A stretch of 64,000 bases of DNA, taken from positions 36,054 to 100,053 of the forward strand of contig CAVVHG010000012.1 of NCBI GenBank assembly GCA_963747985.1, given 5' to 3'. Shown piece by piece: positions 9,399 to 18,102 of the stretch. How positions within the stretch are numbered: the stretch's first letter is position 1; each line of letters begins with the position of its first letter. This DNA comes from an uncultured Acidobacteriota bacterium (GTDB lineage: Bacteria > Acidobacteriota > UBA6911). A program made the position numbers and the translations under genes. Under the pieces are notes generated by a model. It was not told the origin of the DNA. It saw only the letters and a list, made by a program, of their open reading frames with translations, and did no database searches.

Positions 9399-9938
9399 CG
9401 TAGAAGAGAATTTCTCAGTGGTTCGTCATTGCTCCTTCCCGGAACTTGCTTCGCCTGTGCGCGTCCGTTGCAGTCACAAGCTGTTCCAAGGGATGCGGAT
9501 TTGAGAGAGGAGTTGTCGGCCTCCGAGCTCGAAACCGTAAACAACTCCGTCATGGCTAAGGACCTGGACAACTTCTTCGGCAAAGGCTTCAGCTGAGCGG
9601 AGTCCGGCTTGGCAGTTGCCTTGCGATACCTGAAGAAGTCGGAGGATCTGATCTGGGTGGCAGGAGCTTTTGGGGGAGGGCTTGGCAACAAGGATCTCTG
9701 CGGTTTCCTGACCGGTGGGGAGATGGCGATAGGGATTTACTCCGGCGAACTCAAGCTGGAGAGAAAGGCAGGCAAGGAGATCTGCAGCCGGAAGAGCCGG
9801 GAGTTCTGGCAGTGGTGGATTTCCCAGGCTCCGTTGCATTGCTCAGAGATCCGCGAGGGCCGGACTGATAACAAGGTGTGTCGGCGTCTCGGCAAACTCG
9901 CTGCGGTAAAGATCGAGGACCTGATCAAACCCGCCTGA
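9399..9938 (+). CDS. C_GCAxxG_C_C family putative redox protein with a TAT signal and an in-frame TGA at 9594-9596, at the first conserved Cys position. Candidate selenoprotein; otherwise a TGC-to-TGA pseudogene.
   Basis: AGGAG lies 6 nt before ATG 9399. The N-terminus is MRRREFLSGSSLLLPGTCFACA (twin-arginine). ORFs 9297..9596 and 9609..9938 share one frame, interrupted only by TGA 9594-9596. The surrounding sequence is ...DNFFGKGFS-[TGA]-AESGLAVALRYL...AGAFGGGLG...LCGFLTGGEMAIGIY...ICSRKS...HCSEIRE...VCRRLGKLAAVKIEDLI. As I recall it, this matches the family pattern (x-C-AQS..., GFGGGxG, CGAxTGA, C, C), with the TGA exactly where the first Cys is expected. A weak hairpin (GGC-AGUU-GCC with an extended interrupted stem) begins about 15 nt after the UGA. 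Confidence 0.55.
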
Positions 9939-10015
9939 TTCCCGAGACTGTGTCGGATGCCGAGGTGGCAGCCGAAGGCCGAGGCGATTCAGTATCTGCA
10001 GGAGCGTCGGCAGTA

Positions 10016-10105
10016 TGTATAGACCGGGTCTTATCGTCTGCACCCTGGCGGCAGTGCTGCTGACGACGATAGCCGTTGCCGTCGAGGAACCGGTTGATTC
10101 ATGAA
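10016..10105 (+). CDS. Possible 29-aa hydrophobic upstream ORF, translationally coupled to the next gene.
   Basis: MYRPGLIVCTLAAVLLTTIAVAVEEPVDS. Its stop TGA overlaps the ATG of the downstream gene (ATGA). An AGGAG lies about 10 nt upstream. It is too short to call with confidence. Confidence 0.25.
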
Positions 10106-10718
10106 GGTCTCCGCATCGGTCCGACAAATCAACGCCCTGCCGTATGAAGACGTTCGCTCCAGCATAAGGGACGGCGACGTTCTCATGTATCGGGGCCGCA
10201 ACCTGCCCTCGCGCCTGATCCAGTGGGCGACCGGCTCCCGCTATTCTCACGCCGGCCTGGCGGCCTGGTGGAACGGACGTCTAATGGTTTTGGAGGCAGT
10301 CGGGAAAGGGGTGGTGGTGACTCCGCTCTCCGCCAACGTGCGCCGGTATCACGGCGACGTGGAGTGGTTCACCTGCGTGGAGGACATCCCGGAACCGGAC
10401 CGGAACCGAATGATCGAATTCGCACAACAGGAGCTGGGGAAGGAATACGCGCGCTGGAAAGCCATGAAGTTCGGCCTGCGGATCCTCTTCCAGAAAGGTG
10501 AAAAGCAACGCGACGAGCTGCGGAGGGCGCGCCAGCTCTTCTGTTCTCAGTATGTCGCCGAGGTTTATAACTCTGTCGGTAAGGACCTGAAGAGGGGGGT
10601 GAGCGATCGCTTCATGTCACCGGCAGACGTTGCGAGTTCGCCGCTGTTGAAGCGGGCCGGTGCGTTGCGAAAATCGGTCGCGTGTGCGGGCGAGGCCCGG
10701 CACTCGCCCGGACGATAG
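10101..10718 (+). CDS. YiiX-type permuted papain-fold (NlpC/P60 superfamily) hydrolase.
   Basis: ...IRDGDVLMYRGRNLPSRLIQWATGSRYSHAGLAAWW...FCSQYVAEVY resembles the DUF830/YiiX permuted-papain motif set (GD..., SHxG, downstream Cys). 205 aa. Confidence 0.5.
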   Translation: MKVSASVRQINALPYEDVRSSIRDGDVLMYRGRNLPSRLIQWATGSRYSHAGLAAWWNGRLMVLEAVGKGVVVTPLSANVRRYHGDVEWFTCVEDIPEPDRNRMIEFAQQELGKEYARWKAMKFGLRILFQKGEKQRDELRRARQLFCSQYVAEVYNSVGKDLKRGVSDRFMSPADVASSPLLKRAGALRKSVACAGEARHSPGR

Positions 10719-10779
10719 CCCCGGTTGTGTCGGTACCTCGCAAGAGATCCTGGACTTGGCGTCGCGCCTGGAGCCTGTC

Positions 10780-11802
10780 ATGAGAGACCCCCTGAACACC
10801 GTACTCGTCGCATCCTGGTTGCTCCTCCTGTTGGCGACGGCGATATCTGCGCAACAACCGGGCCGGCCGCCGGCGCCCTCGCTTTCGGACGAAGAGGCGT
10901 CCGGGCTTCCCTACACATACTCGATTGCCGGCTTCGAGGATCAGGGCACCTTCACTCTCCTGATAAACGAGGAGCAGGTCGGGACCACCGAATTCGCCTG
11001 GCGGAAGGACGGTAGCTACGATAGCCATTTCCTTTTGAAACTAGGGGGGCAGTCGAACCAGGTCGATGTCGTCATCACTCCGGACGAGTCCGGAGTATGG
11101 AAGCGTGTCGAAACAAAGAGCTCCAGGGGGACCGTCCTGACGGAGCGTGAGGGCCGCCTGGTGCGGACCACGTTCCAGGAAAAGAAGGCCACCGGGCAGA
11201 TCAAAGAGCGCTCCGCGGCTTTCGACAATTACGGACCTGCACTCGGTGCTGCAATCGTCCGTGAGTACGATGCCGCGAAAGGCGGAAGACAGCCCCTGTC
11301 TGTGTGCATTCTGGGCGGCGGTGCGATCGACGGCGTACTCGAACGCCTCGCCGCCGTGGAACGACCGGTCGATGGCAGGGACCTCTCCTTTTCCCGGTAC
11401 CGCATTTCTATCCAGGCACTGGATATCGATATCTGGCTGAATCAGGATGGAAGAGTAGTCTTCGAAGAGGTTCCCGTGCAGAAGGCGGTCTTTGTGCGCA
11501 AGGGGTTTGAGGACCTCGCCACCCGGACGATCGAGGATCCGCTTTTGTCCAAGCCCTCATTTGAGGTTTCAATTCAAAAAGACGTAATGGTTCCAGCGCG
11601 GGACGGGATCAAACTGGCAGCCGACGTCTACCTCCCGAAGGTCGATGGGAAGTTCCCGTTGACCGTATACCGGACTCCGTATGGCAAGGAGTTGATGGAA
11701 CTCAAGGGTAAATACTGGGCACGGCGCGGCTACGCCTGTGCGATCCAGGACTGCCGGGGCCGTTTCAAGTCGCAGGGCACCTGGGTCCCAAACACTTTCT
11801 GA
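10780..11802 (+). CDS. Secreted hypothetical protein whose C-terminal ~70 aa match the N-terminus of a CocE/NonD (S15) hydrolase and then stop. Probable gene remnant or chimera.
   Basis: Signal peptide MRDPLNTVLVASWLLLLLATAISAQQ, then about 270 aa of unknown domain. This is followed by MVPARDGIKLAADVYLPKVDGKFPLTVYRTPYGK...RGYACAIQDCRGRFKSQGTWVPNTF-stop, which matches the start of a CocE/NonD hydrolase. The catalytic Ser region is absent. A palindromic repeat lies immediately downstream. Confidence 0.45.
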   Translation: MRDPLNTVLVASWLLLLLATAISAQQPGRPPAPSLSDEEASGLPYTYSIAGFEDQGTFTLLINEEQVGTTEFAWRKDGSYDSHFLLKLGGQSNQVDVVITPDESGVWKRVETKSSRGTVLTEREGRLVRTTFQEKKATGQIKERSAAFDNYGPALGAAIVREYDAAKGGRQPLSVCILGGGAIDGVLERLAAVERPVDGRDLSFSRYRISIQALDIDIWLNQDGRVVFEEVPVQKAVFVRKGFEDLATRTIEDPLLSKPSFEVSIQKDVMVPARDGIKLAADVYLPKVDGKFPLTVYRTPYGKELMELKGKYWARRGYACAIQDCRGRFKSQGTWVPNTF

Positions 11803-11813
11803 TTCCATTCTTG

Positions 11814-11837
11814 GGGGACACCGGTGACTGTCCCCCT
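11814..11837. repeat. G-rich palindromic REP-like element, copy 1 (GGGGGACACCGGTGACTGTCCCCC).
   Basis: Arms GGGGGACA / TGTCCCCC around a CACCGGTG core. Member of a 7-copy family in this window. Confidence 0.7.
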
Positions 11838-11848
11838 GAGAGGGTACG

Positions 11849-13024
11849 ATGGACCGACGTTCTTTCCTGGGGACCACGTTCGGAGGGGCTGCGCTGCAAG
11901 CTCTGCCCCGCGCCGTGTCGGCGGGCCAACCTCCGGCGATGAAGATCACGGATATCACGTTTCTGCACTTGCGTTTTCCGGGCACAACGCCTCGCAAGCG
12001 CAATGCAACCATCGCCAGCGGCGGCGGAGCGCCCGGGATGACCCAGCTCGAGGTTCATACGGACGCCGGGATCGTGGGACGCAGCATACCGTCGGCAAGC
12101 GAGGAACTGATCCGATCGCAGCTCCTGCCGCGCATAGTCGGGATGAACCCTTTTCACGTCGAGGCGATCTGGGACCGGATGTACCGCTACAACAGGAAAC
12201 CGGTAGCAAAAGGCCTCTACATTTCGGCGATGGGTTCAGTAGATCTTGCCATCTGGGACATCATCGGCAAGGCGCTGAATCTCCCGGTCTGCGACGTGCT
12301 TGGTGTCTTCTCGGAGACAATCCGGGTTTACGCGGCCGGCGGATACTACGAGGAGGACAAGGGTATCAGGGAACTGGTAAAGGAGATGGAGGGGTATGTT
12401 GCAGAGGGTTTCCAGGCCGTCAAGATGAAGGTCGGAGGGGAGCCGATGAGTACCGACCTGGAGCGGGTCCGGGCGGTGCGGGAGGCGATCGGTCCGAAGG
12501 TGGATCTGATGATCGACGCCAACAACAGGTGGACCGCTTACGATGCGATCCGGTTCGGCCGCATGGTCGAGAAATACGAGCCGTTCTGGTTCGAGGAGCC
12601 GGTGGAAGCGGACGACTTCGAGGGCTGCGCGGAGGTGAAGCGGACGCTCGATATCCCGATCGCCGCCGGCGAAAACGAGTTCACGCGCTGGGGAGCCCGC
12701 GACTTGATTCAATCGCACGCGGTGGACATATTGCAGTGTGATACGGTGCTGGCCGGCGGCATTACCGAAATGCGAAAGATCGCTGCCCTCGCTTCGGCCT
12801 GGCACATTCCCATGTCGCCGCACGGCAATCCGCACATGGCTGTGCACCTGCTTGCCTCGCTGCCGAATGCCGTAATCATGGAAACCTATCCTGCAGTCGA
12901 GAGCCGATTCAACCCGGCGCTTCCGCTTTTCCCTGTGAAGAACGGCTGCATTGACGTGCCCACGAGACCGGGCCTCGGAATAGACCCGGACCCAGAGCTC
13001 GTCAGGAAGTATCGCGTGACTTGA
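11849..13024 (+). CDS. Enolase-superfamily enzyme (mandelate racemase / muconate lactonizing enzyme family, sugar-acid dehydratase-like) with a TAT signal.
   Basis: MDRRSFLGTTFGGAALQALPRAVSA (TAT motif). The C-terminal part IDANNRWTAYDAIRFGRMVEKYEPFWFEEPV...IAAGENE...DILQCD carries the MR/MLE metal-ligand pattern. Confidence 0.8.
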   Translation: MDRRSFLGTTFGGAALQALPRAVSAGQPPAMKITDITFLHLRFPGTTPRKRNATIASGGGAPGMTQLEVHTDAGIVGRSIPSASEELIRSQLLPRIVGMNPFHVEAIWDRMYRYNRKPVAKGLYISAMGSVDLAIWDIIGKALNLPVCDVLGVFSETIRVYAAGGYYEEDKGIRELVKEMEGYVAEGFQAVKMKVGGEPMSTDLERVRAVREAIGPKVDLMIDANNRWTAYDAIRFGRMVEKYEPFWFEEPVEADDFEGCAEVKRTLDIPIAAGENEFTRWGARDLIQSHAVDILQCDTVLAGGITEMRKIAALASAWHIPMSPHGNPHMAVHLLASLPNAVIMETYPAVESRFNPALPLFPVKNGCIDVPTRPGLGIDPDPELVRKYRVT

Positions 13025-13090
13025 GTCGTTGACTATTGCTGACCATCGGTCAACTGCGGCGCCGGGGACGAGATAGACGAGGGATGCCGG

Positions 13091-14194
13091 GTGGCAGGCA
13101 TGGCGAAGTGTGAATTGATAGCAACGACGAATCGGCGGCGCACGCGCTGCGGCAAGAGGCCGCAGTATGCCGAAGGCCTCTACGATCTTGGCGGCAAGGT
13201 CTATGCCTGGATGGTCCCCAATGGTTCCTGGGGCGAATCGAACGCCGGATTGGTGGTGGGAGAAGGCGAATCACTCCTCGTCGATACCCTCTGGGACCTG
13301 AACTTCACGAGCGAGATGTTGCGGGCGATGGAGCCTATTACCCGAACCGCTCCCATAAGGTATCTGGTGAACAGTCACGCGGATGGAGACCACATCTGGG
13401 GGAACCAGCTCGTGAAGGATGCCGAGATAATCATGACGGCAGCCTGCAACGCGGAAGCCGGGAAGATGAACCCGGCTTCGATGGTCATGTTCGGCCGGCT
13501 TGCCAAGACCCTCGAAAAGTTCGGAATCGGCAAGGTGAAGCAGGTCGGAATCTACTTCCATGACATGGTTCGTCCCTATGACTTCAAGGGGATCGAGGTC
13601 AAGGCAGCCACTCGTACATTCGAAGGTGAGATGACGCTGGAGGTCGGCGGACGCCAGGTCCGGCTCATCGAGACCGGACCCGCTCATACCCTGGGCGACC
13701 TTATGGTCTGCGTGCCGGAAATGAAGACTCTCTTCTGCGGGGATATTCTCTTCACGGGATGCACACCTGTAGTATGGGCCGGGCCTGTCGGGAGGTACAT
13801 TTCCGCCCTGGAGAGGATACTCGGGATGGACGTAGAAGTCATGGTTCCAGGCCACGGGCCGATCAGCGATAGGGGCGCCGCTATTCTGCAGAAGGAATAC
13901 CTTGAGTACATCCGGGATGAAACAGGCAGGTGTTACAGGGCCGGGCTGTCCGCCACAGACAGCGCATACGAAATTGCCCGCAGCGATAGCTTCCGCGGGC
14001 AGGCGTTCTCGGGCTGGGATGCGCCTGAACGTGTCATGACCAACACGCACATACTCTACAGGCATCTGCAGGGGCGGAGCGGGCGCCTGAAGACCGCGGG
14101 GAAACTGAACATCCTGCGCCGACAGGCCATACTGGCTTGTGAATTGCGGAAATCGATTCCTGCCTCGACGAACGCACCCGAAGGTGGCGCATGA
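13091..14194 (+). CDS. MBL-fold metallo-hydrolase.
   Basis: VNSHADGDHIWG (a variant of the HxHxDH motif), ...ETGPAHTLGDLMV...FCGDILF...PGHGP. The start could be later (13100 or 13211). Confidence 0.65.
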   Translation: MAGMAKCELIATTNRRRTRCGKRPQYAEGLYDLGGKVYAWMVPNGSWGESNAGLVVGEGESLLVDTLWDLNFTSEMLRAMEPITRTAPIRYLVNSHADGDHIWGNQLVKDAEIIMTAACNAEAGKMNPASMVMFGRLAKTLEKFGIGKVKQVGIYFHDMVRPYDFKGIEVKAATRTFEGEMTLEVGGRQVRLIETGPAHTLGDLMVCVPEMKTLFCGDILFTGCTPVVWAGPVGRYISALERILGMDVEVMVPGHGPISDRGAAILQKEYLEYIRDETGRCYRAGLSATDSAYEIARSDSFRGQAFSGWDAPERVMTNTHILYRHLQGRSGRLKTAGKLNILRRQAILACELRKSIPASTNAPEGGA

Positions 14195-15201
14195 AGCTTG
14201 TCACCTTCCTCGATGATGCAGGCGCGGCACACATCGGCGCCCTTACAGACCGGGACAGGACGATCATCAAACTGCAGGCGGGCGCGCTGGCGAAGGACAA
14301 CGTCGAGTCTCCCTATTTCAGAGACATGCTGTCGTTTCTCGAGGGAGGACTGCCCGCAAGGGAGGAGGGGGAGGCGATCGTCAGGTTCGTGGAGGACCGG
14401 CGCCCGCCCGGTGCCGGCGTTCCGCTTGACGCGGTAACACTGCTGGCTCCTGTCCCGCGCCCCGAGTCGATCCGGGATTGCCTGTGCTTCGAACAGCACA
14501 TCATCAACTGCATCCGGGTGGTGGGACTGAAGCGGCTCGCTCCGCTCGATGAGTGGATCGAGAGGGTCTTCGGGCGCAAGCGATCGATCGCCTACTTCGG
14601 CAACAAGGCCTGGTACGAACGCCCCGTCTATTATAAGAGCAACCGCTTTTCGGTGGTCGGAACAAACGCGGAAGTGAGAGTGCCGCCCTACACACGGCAG
14701 TTCGATTATGAACTCGAATGGGGGATCTTCATCGGGAAGAAGGGGACTGACATTCCCGGGGAACGAGCTCGTTCGTACATAGGCGGCTACACCATCTTCA
14801 ACGACTTCTCGGCGCGGGACATCCAGATGGAGGAACGGTACGGCCGTCTTGGCCCCGCGAAGGGCAAGGATTTCGATACCGGCAATGCCATGGGACCATG
14901 CCTGGTCACTCCCGACGAGATCGGGGATCCGTACGATCTGACCATGCTGGCCCGGGTGAACGGACAGGAGTGGTCGCGGGGCACGACGGCCGATATGGGT
15001 TGGTCCTTCGAGGATCTCATTGAGTACATCTCGAAATCGGAGACTCTCTATCCCGGGGAGTTTATCGGTTCAGGCACTTGTTCCGGCAGCCAGGGGTGCG
15101 GTTGCGGGTTGGAGATGGGCAGGTATATCAAAGCCGGGGATGTGGTCGAGCTCGAGGTCGAGAAGATCGGAATTCTGAGGAACAGCATCGTCGGCAGATG
15201 A
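14191..15201 (+). CDS. Fumarylacetoacetate hydrolase (FAH) family protein.
   Basis: ...YELEWGIFIGKKGTDIP...YIGGYTIFNDFSARDIQ...GPAKGKDFDTGNAMGPCLVT... is a typical FAH fold. The ATG overlaps the stop of the upstream MBL gene (ATGA). Confidence 0.8.
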   Translation: MKLVTFLDDAGAAHIGALTDRDRTIIKLQAGALAKDNVESPYFRDMLSFLEGGLPAREEGEAIVRFVEDRRPPGAGVPLDAVTLLAPVPRPESIRDCLCFEQHIINCIRVVGLKRLAPLDEWIERVFGRKRSIAYFGNKAWYERPVYYKSNRFSVVGTNAEVRVPPYTRQFDYELEWGIFIGKKGTDIPGERARSYIGGYTIFNDFSARDIQMEERYGRLGPAKGKDFDTGNAMGPCLVTPDEIGDPYDLTMLARVNGQEWSRGTTADMGWSFEDLIEYISKSETLYPGEFIGSGTCSGSQGCGCGLEMGRYIKAGDVVELEVEKIGILRNSIVGR

Positions 15202-15246
15202 AAGTGGGCACAATCCACACTCACTCCCGCTCGCAGGTGCACACGG

Positions 15247-15399
15247 CTATCGCGTCAGACGAAAGACCACGAGGGCGAGGACGACAGCTGCCAGCAGTAT
15301 CAGGCCTATGTAGAGCCCCAGCCGTCTCTTCTTGGCTCGGCGTTCCTGTCGCTCATCAGCCTGGGCGTATCTTGCCCGCATAGTCTCACGAAACTCCGT
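15247..15399 (-). CDS. Possible 50-aa single-TM small protein.
   Basis: Hand translation gives MDYTEFRETMRARYAQADERQERRAKKRRLGLYIGLILLAAVVLALVVFRLTR. GGGAGA lies 5 nt upstream of the ATG. It is shorter than the ORF-track cutoff. Confidence 0.2.
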   Translation of the reverse strand, partial: TEFRETMRARYAQADERQERRAKKRRLGLYIGLILLAAVVLALVVFRLTR

Positions 15400-15608
15400 G
15401 TAGTCCATGGCGATCTCCCACTCCCTGCTGCACGACCCTAAAGCATATCATAGCAGGATACGGCATTTCTTCGACCGGGGCGCTGGCCCATGCCGCCGGC
15501 CAGGGTAACGCGCTCACTTCGCGCCGGAGCATTACGCTGCGAGTGACACCCCGATCGGTATAGAATGACGACAGATCCGGCGCCAACTGTCCAGGAAGGA
15601 GGAACGAG

Positions 15609-16832
15609 ATGGCATCTCATCACACGGAACCATTCGATAGTTGCGATCTTAACCGTCGTGGATTTCTCGCGGCCACCACGGGAGCTGCGGCCTTTGCTGT
15701 CATGACATCGAAGACGGCGCTGGGCACAGAGGCCAATTCCGCGGTCTCCGTGGGCATCATCGGTTGTGGCTGGCGCGGCAATCATTTGGCCGGGATACTG
15801 AAGAACCTCGACCGTACGGGGATAAGGGTTGCGGCGCTGGCGGATCTCTTTGACGACCGCCTGGAAGAATCCAGGGCCCACTACCCCGACGACAAACCCG
15901 CGGCCTTCCGGGGTCTGGATGCATATCAGAAGTTGGTTGCTGCCCCGTGCGACGCGGTGTTGATTACCTCTCCTCCCTACTTCCACCCGGACCACCTGGA
16001 GGCTGCGGTCGGCGCGGGGAAACACGTTTACCTCGAGAAGCCGGTGGCTGTGGACGCGGCCGGTGCACAGCGAGTTCTCGCGTGCGGCAAGAAAGGGGAA
16101 GGGCATCTGACACTGTGCGTTGGGTTCCAGAGCCGGTCCCGGGCGGACCTCGTCGAGGCGGTCAGCCGTACGCGGCAGGGAGCTGTGGGACGGCTCGTCT
16201 GCGGAAGCGCTTACTATAACGCAGGCTTGATGGAGCCGAAGGACAAGCCCGGCATGAGCGAACGGGAAAAACGAATGAGGAACTGGGTGTTTGACCAGGT
16301 TCTATCGGGAGACATCATTGTCGAACAGAATGTCCACGTTCTGGATATCTGCAACTGGGTGGTCGGGACGCATCCTCTGCAGGCCTTTGCTACCGGCGGG
16401 CGAAAAGTGAGAACGTCGGTCGGCGATACGTGGGACCATTTCGAAGTCACTCTGTGGTATCCCGGCGACGTACAAATGGTCTTCTCATCGACGCAGTTCC
16501 TGAACCTGGGGTGGGGCGACGCCCAGCAGAGGTTCTACGGTTCCAACGGGGCCTTGGAGCTGAAGGCGGGAGATACGCTGAAAGGGAGCGCTGCAATTCG
16601 AGGTGGAAATGCATGGGCCTTTCAGGGCGAGGTGGAGAATCCCGAAGTCGTCAGACTGCGAGGATTTCTCGACAGTATCAGGAAGGGGGAAAACACCAAC
16701 GAGATTTCCGTCGGTGTCGATTCAACCCTGACCGGGATCCTGGCGCGCACTGCCGCTTACCGTGGTGCGGGATATAGCTGGGACAAGATGCTCGAGGAAA
16801 ATGAGAGACTGAACGCAGGTAAACTCGATTAG
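15609..16832 (+). CDS. Gfo/Idh/MocA family oxidoreductase, TAT-exported.
   Basis: RBS GGAGGA. NRRGFLAATTGAAAFAV (TAT), VGIIGCGWRGNHL (Rossmann), ...KHVYLEKP. Confidence 0.8.
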   Translation: MASHHTEPFDSCDLNRRGFLAATTGAAAFAVMTSKTALGTEANSAVSVGIIGCGWRGNHLAGILKNLDRTGIRVAALADLFDDRLEESRAHYPDDKPAAFRGLDAYQKLVAAPCDAVLITSPPYFHPDHLEAAVGAGKHVYLEKPVAVDAAGAQRVLACGKKGEGHLTLCVGFQSRSRADLVEAVSRTRQGAVGRLVCGSAYYNAGLMEPKDKPGMSEREKRMRNWVFDQVLSGDIIVEQNVHVLDICNWVVGTHPLQAFATGGRKVRTSVGDTWDHFEVTLWYPGDVQMVFSSTQFLNLGWGDAQQRFYGSNGALELKAGDTLKGSAAIRGGNAWAFQGEVENPEVVRLRGFLDSIRKGENTNEISVGVDSTLTGILARTAAYRGAGYSWDKMLEENERLNAGKLD

Positions 16833-16983
16833 TCCCCAGGTATTCAGCCCTCAGGTCCGCCAGGCAGGTCCGGAATGCCAGACCGGACCGAGGATCTCCC
16901 GGCTTGCACGGCAAATCACTTGCGATGGGCCGCAGTGGCTATAGACGTGGCCATCGGGTCCATGAGAATGGAGAACGGGCGCC

Positions 16984-18066
16984 ATGTTGATTCCCGAATT
17001 TTTCCGCATAAAGAGTGCTGCGGCGATTTCCGCTATGACCTGCCTCGCTGTTTTGCTGGGCTGGCCTGCCGGCTCGGCCAGGCTTCTTGCCGGTGGCACT
17101 CCTGACCGGGCGCCGCGCAAGGTGATCCTGGGCACTGCCATGCAGGCGTTCTGGGGGGACTATCCGGGGCTGCAGAGGCGACTGGCGCAACTGGAATCGA
17201 TCCTGGACACCATGAACGAGCAGTCCAGGAAGAAGTTCGGCCGTGGTCTGGATCTTGCGGTACTGCCCGAGGTTGCCGTGACGGGCGAAATCACCGGTGA
17301 CATAGTTGCGCATTCGGTTCCCTATGATGGCCCGGTGAGGGCGACATTCTCGCGCAAGGCGCGCGAACTGGGCTGCTACCTTGTCGTGCCGCTTTACCTC
17401 CTGGAGGATAAGGAGCGGAGGATTTGCACCAACTCGGCCGTCCTGGTGGATCGCAAGGGTGACGTAGTGGGGATCTACCGCAAGCTGCAGTTGGCGGTCC
17501 AGAACGGCAGCGACTCGATGGAAGGCGGAATGACGCCGGGCAAGCAGGCTCCGGTCTTTGACTGCGATTTCGGCAGGCTGGGAATACAGATCTGTTTTGA
17601 TATCGAGTTTGACTATGGTTGGGAGCAACTCGCAAAGCAGGGAGCAGAGCTGGTGGCCTGGCCGACGCAGTCACCGCAGACCGCGCACCCGGCTTCGCGC
17701 GCGATGCGGCACGGCTTCTACATCGTGTCCAGCACCTGGCGGGACAATGCCTCCATCTTCGAACCCACCGGCAAGATCGTTTCGCAGATCAGAGCTCCCG
17801 CGCAGGTTCTCGTCGATCAGATCGACCTCAGCTATGCCATCCTGCCCTGGAGTCCGCAGCTGCAGCAGGGTGAATCGCTCAAGAAGAAGTACGGTGACCG
17901 TGTCGACTTCCACTACTACGTGGACGAGGACTGTGGCCTGTTCTGGTCCAACGATCCCGGCCTCACTATCGGGCAGATGATGCGATCCATCGGTGTTGCC
18001 GGTGCTGAAGATGAACTCAAACGCGTCCGGCAGCTTTACCGCAAGGCAGGTGTCCCTGGGTACTGA
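16984..18066 (+). CDS. Carbon-nitrogen hydrolase (nitrilase superfamily) protein.
   Basis: ...LDLAVLPEVAVTG...RKGDVVGIYRKLQL...GIQICFDIEFDYGWEQLAKQGAELVAWPTQSP... with a conserved catalytic-Cys context. The start may be the downstream Met at 17035. Confidence 0.75.
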   Translation: MLIPEFFRIKSAAAISAMTCLAVLLGWPAGSARLLAGGTPDRAPRKVILGTAMQAFWGDYPGLQRRLAQLESILDTMNEQSRKKFGRGLDLAVLPEVAVTGEITGDIVAHSVPYDGPVRATFSRKARELGCYLVVPLYLLEDKERRICTNSAVLVDRKGDVVGIYRKLQLAVQNGSDSMEGGMTPGKQAPVFDCDFGRLGIQICFDIEFDYGWEQLAKQGAELVAWPTQSPQTAHPASRAMRHGFYIVSSTWRDNASIFEPTGKIVSQIRAPAQVLVDQIDLSYAILPWSPQLQQGESLKKKYGDRVDFHYYVDEDCGLFWSNDPGLTIGQMMRSIGVAGAEDELKRVRQLYRKAGVPGY

Positions 18067-18102
18067 GGAGGTGTCCTCTTCTGATGAAAGGATGATGGAT
18101 CG

